DNA of 9,469 nucleotides from a virus (Duplodnaviria; Heunggongvirae; Uroviricota; Caudoviricetes): IMG/VR virus record IMGVR_UViG_2711768074_000026; one strand, 5' to 3'. Shown piece by piece: positions 6,274 to 9,469 of this stretch (position 1 is its first letter; each line of letters starts with the position of its first letter). The notes under the pieces were generated by a model. It saw only the letters and a program-made list of their open reading frames with translations, ran no database searches and was not told where the DNA came from. The position numbers and the translations under genes were made by a program.

Positions 6274-6520
6274 TTGCCCCTCGCTAAGTTAATGTTTTAT
6301 AAAGAGTTTTTATCACCAATCCTTTTCAGGGGCAAAAATGAGGGGCAAAAATTAGATTTTCAGGGGCAATTATTGGCATTTCAGGGGCAAAAATGAGGGG
6401 CAAAATCACTGTTTCCCAGAATTTCAGGGGCAAAAATAGTAGGTTTCAGGGGCAAAAATGGGATAGTAGAATCTTGGGGATTTTATTCGGGGGCAAAAAT
6501 TCAGAATTTCAGGGGCAATT
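6274..6520 (+). repeat. Iteron array: nine direct copies of (TTTC)AGGGGCAA(AAAT) plus one inverted copy
   Basis: Direct copies start at 6328, 6341, 6362, 6383, 6396, 6426, 6448, 6489, 6511 (spacings 13, 21, 21, 13, 30, 22, 41, 22 bp); inverted core ttgcccct at 6274-6281; followed by AT-rich 6521-6600 with near-palindrome atcaaatattttgat. Confidence 0.85.
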
Positions 6521-6625
6521 CCCATCAAATATTTTGATAGAAAATTCTTGTATATTATTTAATCGAAAAATCACCAAAAAGTGGCGTAAGTTAATGATTT
6601 AAAAAGAATTGTCAAAAGGTCTCCG

Positions 6626-6634
6626 TGCTATAAT
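6626..6634 (+). promoter_or_regulatory. Extended -10 promoter candidate (TGcTATAAT)
   Basis: tgc at 6626-6628 followed by tataat 6629-6634; nearest -35-like ttgtca (6609-6614) is at a short 14-nt spacing. Confidence 0.35.
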
Positions 6635-6714
6635 AGGTTATAAAGGTTGATAATCCTGATCTACAATTTTCAAACAAAAATTTTGATAGTCATTTCTCGC
6701 TTAGGTCAAGCGCA

Positions 6715-6743
6715 TTGACAACTGTCAAGGATTATTTTATACT
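6715..6743 (+). promoter_or_regulatory. Sigma70-like promoter TTGACA-17-TATACT
   Basis: ttgaca 6715-6720, 17-nt spacer, tatact 6738-6743; directs rightward transcription into the hairpin-rich leader. Confidence 0.5.
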
Positions 6744-6813
6744 TTTTCTCACTGGTGGGGGTTGAAATTTTCTAAACAGTCCCCATATAGATGATAAGCA
6801 AGAATTTCCACGT

Positions 6814-6821
6814 TATAAATA
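6814..6821 (+). promoter_or_regulatory. TATAAATA motif (T4-type late promoter consensus)
   Basis: Exact tataaata; flanking ttataaatacatgtgt resembles the second copy at 7014-7021 (ttataaatacaagtgt). Confidence 0.35.
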
Positions 6822-6880
6822 CATGTGTGAAATGATTGTTCACTTCTGAAAATCTCCTGATTCACTGCTAATTCATACAT

Positions 6881-6906
6881 CACTGGTTAGATATACAGTG
6901 CTTTTT
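6881..6906 (+). terminator. Hairpin plus T-tract (terminator/attenuator-like) 1
   Basis: cactg (6881-6885) / cagtg (6896-6900), loop gttagatata, then cttttt. Confidence 0.4.
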
Positions 6907-6964
6907 CGGTTGAATATTGTACGAATTGATTAATAATTAATCTTCTCTTTAGCAATTCGTGCTC

Positions 6965-6990
6965 CCACTGATCGGATATACAGTGGTTTT
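6965..6990 (+). terminator. Hairpin plus T-tract (terminator/attenuator-like) 2
   Basis: ccactg (6965-6970) / cagtgg (6981-6986), loop atcggatata (shares gatatacagtg with hairpin 1), then tttt. Confidence 0.4.
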
Positions 6991-7013
6991 ACAGGGTTTT
7001 CTGACAATCATTT

Positions 7014-7021
7014 TATAAATA
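7014..7021 (+). promoter_or_regulatory. TATAAATA motif (T4-type late promoter consensus), 65 nt upstream of ATG 7087
   Basis: Exact tataaata at 7014-7021. Confidence 0.35.
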
Positions 7022-7030
7022 CAAGTGTTC

Positions 7031-7051
7031 AGAGCGAAATGCTCTTTTTTT
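7031..7051 (+). terminator. Hairpin plus T7 tract immediately upstream of the first rightward gene
   Basis: agagc (7031-7035) / gctct (7041-7045), loop gaaat, then ttttttt (7045-7051). Confidence 0.45.
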
Positions 7052-7086
7052 AAGAAATTATTAATCCACATGTGAGGAATCGACTG

Positions 7087-7266
7087 ATGGCTAGACCTGT
7101 TAAGTTCACTCGTGAAATGATTGTTGATATTGCTAAACGCTTTTACAGCGACACTGAGCGAGGCGGGGAAAACTTCTTTAAGAAGGAAGGAATTGATAGA
7201 AGCGGATTCTACAAGCTAATGAAGAAATACGAAATTCAGGTAAAGATTAACGTTCAAGTTTGTTAA
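7087..7266 (+). CDS. Small protein, 59 aa, possible helix-turn-helix DNA-binding fold
   Basis: ATG 7087 with GAGGAA SD (7074-7079); the track's GTG start at 7072 sits inside the SD. FTREMIVDIAKRFY...GIDRSGFYKLMKKY resembles a small transposase-N-terminal-like HTH; weak, from memory. Confidence 0.5.
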   Translation: MARPVKFTREMIVDIAKRFYSDTERGGENFFKKEGIDRSGFYKLMKKYEIQVKINVQVC

Positions 7267-7308
7267 TCCACTTTCACTGAGAATTATATGATGGCTTTAA
7301 AAAAGAAA

Positions 7309-7338
7309 AAGCCTCCCTTGTTGCAGCAAAGGAGGCTT
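7309..7338 (+). other. Stem-loop (8-bp stem) upstream of the 320-aa gene
   Basis: aagcctcc (7309-7316) / ggaggctt (7331-7338), 14-nt loop; the 3' arm forms an AAGGAGG SD 6 nt before a 3-codon start-stop ORF (ATG 7342, MNN, stop). Confidence 0.45.
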
Positions 7339-7380
7339 GAAATGAACAATTAAAACTAACTTTCCACAGGAGTATTTATA

Positions 7381-8343
7381 ATGTTATTTTCCGCTAACTT
7401 TTTCACTAACGAAGTAACCAACGCTAAAGCAGTTATCAAATTTGGCACCGAAGCAAACAAGAAGATTCAGCCGAAAGTTGTTGCTCATGTTTCCTTTGCG
7501 CAGCAGAAATCCGCTTTCGCTGGCTTTAAAGCACATCGTGAAGCACTGATCGCGGCTGGCTTTGGTGTTGACGGTAAACTGCCTAACGGCATTCGTAAAG
7601 CAATCGACCGCGTTAAACCTGCTAAAGACGTTGCAGTAGACCACATCGTTACTTTCACCGTTAAGAACTCTTCTGAACTGTTCCACCTAGTGATTGCTGG
7701 TGATACTGCTATCGTTTCCGCTCCTAACATGGATTTTCAGGATACCGCTGATTGCAACATTACCTTTGGTCGTCGTAAAGAAGTTACCGGAAAAGCTAAA
7801 CTGAACTTCACCAAATCCGGCAATCCTTACTTTGCTGTATTCTTTAACAGCCACGCTACTGAGAAAGAAGTAGTAGAACTGGTTGCATATGAAGGTGAAG
7901 AAAAAGCACGTATTGAATCTTGCGACGCTTTCGTAGAACTGGAAGCACAGGTTAATGCTGTTTCTCCGGTTGCTGTTGAAGATCGTTTCTCTGCACTGGA
8001 AGCACAGATCGCAGAACTGAAAGCTGCACTGAAAGAAAAAGACCAGATCATCGAAGCACAGAAAGCTGAGATTGAAGAACTGAAAGCTAAAGAAGTTGCT
8101 CCGGTTGCTGTTGAAGCAGATCAGGAAGTTGAATCTAAAGACTTCTTTACTCAAGCGGTTGAATCTAAAGACAAACAAGCTCTTTGGATTCTGCTTAACG
8201 AAAAGCGTACTGTTGCAGACGTTGCAGAATGGAACAAATACCTGATTAAGAAAAATGGTTCTTCCGTTCAATTCATCGATTTAATGACAGTTAAAGTTTT
8301 TGATGCGTTCGAAAATGTGTTCGACGTTCGCAAAGCAGCTTAA
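7381..8343 (+). CDS. Hypothetical abundant protein, 320 aa, coiled-coil C-terminal half
   Basis: ATG 7381 with AGGAG SD (7368-7372); codon usage strongly biased to E. coli-optimal codons (ctg, cgt, ggt, gaa, aaa, gct), unlike the leftward genes; heptad-like EAQIAELKAALKEKDQIIEAQKAEIEELKAKE. Confidence 0.8.
   Translation: MLFSANFFTNEVTNAKAVIKFGTEANKKIQPKVVAHVSFAQQKSAFAGFKAHREALIAAGFGVDGKLPNGIRKAIDRVKPAKDVAVDHIVTFTVKNSSELFHLVIAGDTAIVSAPNMDFQDTADCNITFGRRKEVTGKAKLNFTKSGNPYFAVFFNSHATEKEVVELVAYEGEEKARIESCDAFVELEAQVNAVSPVAVEDRFSALEAQIAELKAALKEKDQIIEAQKAEIEELKAKEVAPVAVEADQEVESKDFFTQAVESKDKQALWILLNEKRTVADVAEWNKYLIKKNGSSVQFIDLMTVKVFDAFENVFDVRKAA
8266..8285 (+). repeat. 20-bp exact direct repeat, copy 1 (gttcaattcatcgatttaat), inside the 3' end of the 320-aa gene
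   Basis: Identical 20-mer at 9211-9230. Confidence 0.9.
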
Positions 8344-8369
8344 TTTTTAATTTAATTGGAGACCCTACT

Positions 8370-8711
8370 ATGGCAACTTTAAACGAAAAAGCACTGTCCC
8401 GTAAAACTCTGAAAGAGAAAAACATGATTCTTTCTGAAACGCTAAAACAGACTAATGCTGAGTGTGAATTTTTGACCATTAAACTTTCGATTAAAGAGAA
8501 AGAATGCAATGAGCTAATGGAAAAGTACAAATCCTTACATGATAATTACGTGAAACTTGGTGAAGGATTTAAAGCCATGCAAGAAGACTACAAGAAATCA
8601 TTGAGGGAACAGATTAAACTACTTGAAGAATTGAAAGGGTATAGAGAAAAGTCCGTTAAAGAAAAGAAAATACAGAAGATGAAAAACAAAGGATTGCGTC
8701 TTGTTGCTTAA
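8370..8711 (+). CDS. Hypothetical coiled-coil protein, 113 aa
   Basis: ATG 8370 with GGAG SD (8354-8357); Lys/Glu-rich helical sequence; stop TAA 8709-8711 immediately before the terminator hairpin. Confidence 0.65.
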   Translation: MATLNEKALSRKTLKEKNMILSETLKQTNAECEFLTIKLSIKEKECNELMEKYKSLHDNYVKLGEGFKAMQEDYKKSLREQIKLLEELKGYREKSVKEKKIQKMKNKGLRLVA

Positions 8712-8717
8712 GACAAT

Positions 8718-8745
8718 AAAAAAAGGGACTCCGAAGAGTCCCTAG
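8718..8745. terminator. Bidirectional terminator hairpin (7-bp stem, cgaa loop)
   Basis: A7 (8718-8724), gggactc (8725-8731), loop cgaa, gagtccc (8736-8742); on the minus strand the hairpin is followed by TTTTTTT. Confidence 0.65.
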
Positions 8746-8814
8746 TAAGTTTAGGTTAGGTTTGCACAACAAAGATGAGGTTATAATGAACATAATGCTA
8801 CATTATTCTTTAAA

Positions 8815-8845
8815 GCCAGAAAAATAACCGCCTCTTTCGAGGCGG
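8815..8845 (-). terminator. Intrinsic terminator on the minus strand
   Basis: ccgcctc (8828-8834) / gaggcgg (8839-8845), loop tttc; on the minus strand followed by TTATTTTTCT. Confidence 0.55.
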
Positions 8846-9002
8846 GAGGATTAACACTCAATCTATACTTGTTATGTTTTTATGTTGTATAGATCACTGA
8901 CTATGAAAACACTGTACTGGAGTGTGTTTTATGGCTTTTAATCGGGAATCCTCAAAGAAGATCCCCTGTTAATAACCATAAGGAGAAAGGCAGATTACAC
9001 TA

Positions 9003-9176
9003 TTATTTAGTATCCTTTTTACAGCAACTAAAAAGAATAAACAGGATTAAACATACCCAGCCGTAAGGCGTACCGATTAGAAATTTGAAAAATACCACCA
9101 GCGATATAAAAATCAATTTAATGCCAGCGACGATAGTCAAAAACAGCAGAGTAGCAAAGTAGACAAAAAGATCCAT
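9003..9176 (-). CDS. Small hydrophobic membrane peptide, 57 aa
   Basis: Hand-translated MDLFVYFATLLFLTIVAGIKLIFYSLVVFFKFLIGTPYGWVCLILFILFSCCKKDTK; ATG 9176..9174 with GAGGA SD 6 nt upstream (plus 9183-9187); below the track's apparent length cutoff. Confidence 0.5.
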   Translation of the reverse strand: MDLFVYFATLLFLTIVAGIKLIFISLVVFFKFLIGTPYGWVCLILFILFSCCKKDTK

Positions 9177-9210
9177 AGATAATCCTCTTTGAAAACGACC
9201 ATCATCTATA

Positions 9211-9230
9211 GTTCAATTCATCGATTTAAT
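9211..9230 (+). repeat. 20-bp exact direct repeat, copy 2
   Basis: Identical to 8266-8285; overlaps the stop codon of the 33-aa peptide gene. Confidence 0.9.
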
Positions 9231-9331
9231 TAATGATACTTGAAAGCGTTACACAAAGTAGAAATGCCAATATGTGCCAGTGAATATACGATAGTTAATC
9301 CTACAGCCAGATAAATCAAAAATTCAACCAT
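9230..9331 (-). CDS. Small hydrophobic peptide, 33 aa
   Basis: Hand-translated MVEFLIYLAVGLTIVYSLAHIGISTLCNAFKYH; ATG 9331..9329 with GAGGA SD 7 nt upstream (plus 9339-9343); abuts the right inverted-repeat copy. Confidence 0.4.
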   Translation of the reverse strand: MVEFLIYLAVGLTIVYSLAHIGISTLCNAFKYH

Positions 9332-9365
9332 AGGTAAATCCTCAAATAAGAAAAAGGTTAGCGGG

Positions 9366-9469
9366 GAGCCTGTTCAGGATTCTGTGTAAATACCTTTTCT
9401 CAGAAGTGGCCGTCCAGGCGGTCACCGAACTCGATAATAAAGCGGCTCATTGCCATACGCCAGTCCCGC
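9366..9469. repeat. Right copy of perfect 104-bp inverted repeat; non-coding fragment of the nuclease gene 3' region
   Basis: Reverse complement equals 1-104; on the plus strand it reads as the in-frame ...SLFRILCKYLFSEVAVQAVTELDNKAAHCHTPVP segment, but the frame has a stop at 9331-9333 and no start codon before the repeat. Confidence 0.9.

Noticed and set aside
6274-6520. CRISPR array interpretation of the AGGGGCAA repeats
   Set aside because: Repeat units are only 12-16 bp and the intervening sequences are 1-29 bp and irregular; no leader or cas genes. This fits iterons, not CRISPR.
6393-6602. Track ORF 6393..6602 (+, 69 aa)
   Set aside because: It is produced by reading through the AGGGGCAA iteron array (repetitive FQGQ peptide); no SD, and the repeats are better explained as DNA-level binding sites.
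5676-7086. tRNA genes in the long non-coding region
   Set aside because: No convincing cloverleaf: no GTTCRANYC T-loop flanked by complementary 5-bp stems and a matching 7-bp acceptor stem; ggttgcaatcc at 5854-5864 only superficially resembles a T-arm.
7371-7378. Reverse-strand TATAAATA motif (plus tatttata) just upstream of the 320-aa gene start
   Set aside because: It would drive antisense transcription into the 59-aa gene and overlaps the SD-start spacer of the 320-aa gene; most likely a chance AT-rich occurrence.
7384-8530. Minus-strand track ORFs 7384..7686, 7485..7730, 7687..8271, 7827..8051, 8291..8530
   Set aside because: All are antisense to the strongly codon-biased 320-aa and 113-aa plus-strand genes; Phe/Ser/Cys-rich translations characteristic of reverse-strand reading of Glu/Lys-rich coding sequence.
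8786-8972. Tiny plus-strand ORFs with SDs (13 aa at 8786-8827; 13 aa at 8931-8972) and the 21-codon ORF at 7288-7353
   Set aside because: Too short to support as genes from sequence alone; noted as possible leader or start-stop elements but not called as CDS.
1-9469. The window as a complete linear element with protein-primed-type terminal inverted repeats
   Set aside because: The left repeat lies inside an ORF that is still open at position 2 with no stop codon, and no DNA polymerase, terminal protein or transposase is encoded; the sequence must continue beyond the window.
1-9469. Mu G-segment-like invertible switch generating alternative nuclease termini
   Set aside because: The right repeat copy has an in-frame stop at 9331-9333 and no start codon before it, so inversion would not produce an alternative in-frame protein; inversion could still occur but not as a protein-variant switch.

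Overview
The window looks like phage (Caudoviricetes) DNA with three parts, judged from sequence alone with no database searches. (1) Positions 1-5675 carry a leftward (minus-strand) run of small genes: a T5orf172/GIY-YIG-type nuclease that runs off the left edge, an acidic low-complexity protein, a Peptidase_M15-type cell-wall peptidase, two small membrane proteins, a basic 227-aa protein, a Rha-family regulator whose frame is broken from a ~256-codon repeat-containing open frame by one base, and two further acidic proteins. (2) Positions 5676-7086 are a 1.4-kb non-coding control region with CTAG-rich palindromic repeats, GC-rich micro-hairpins, an array of ten AGGGGCAA iterons, sigma70-like promoters, TATAAATA (T4 late-promoter-like) motifs and three tandem hairpin+T-tract elements. 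(3) Positions 7087-8711 carry rightward genes: a 59-aa HTH-like protein, a 320-aa protein with high-expression codon usage and a coiled-coil C-terminal half, and a 113-aa coiled-coil protein. These are followed by terminators and two tiny hydrophobic-peptide genes on the minus strand that are absent from the ORF track. The window is bounded by a perfect 104-bp inverted repeat (1-104 vs 9366-9469), the left copy lying inside the nuclease gene. I found no rRNA, tRNA, CRISPR array, transposase or integrase. The strongest candidates for something undescribed are the iteron/structured non-coding region and the inverted-repeat-bounded architecture; all functional calls are from remembered family motifs and need HMM/BLAST confirmation.
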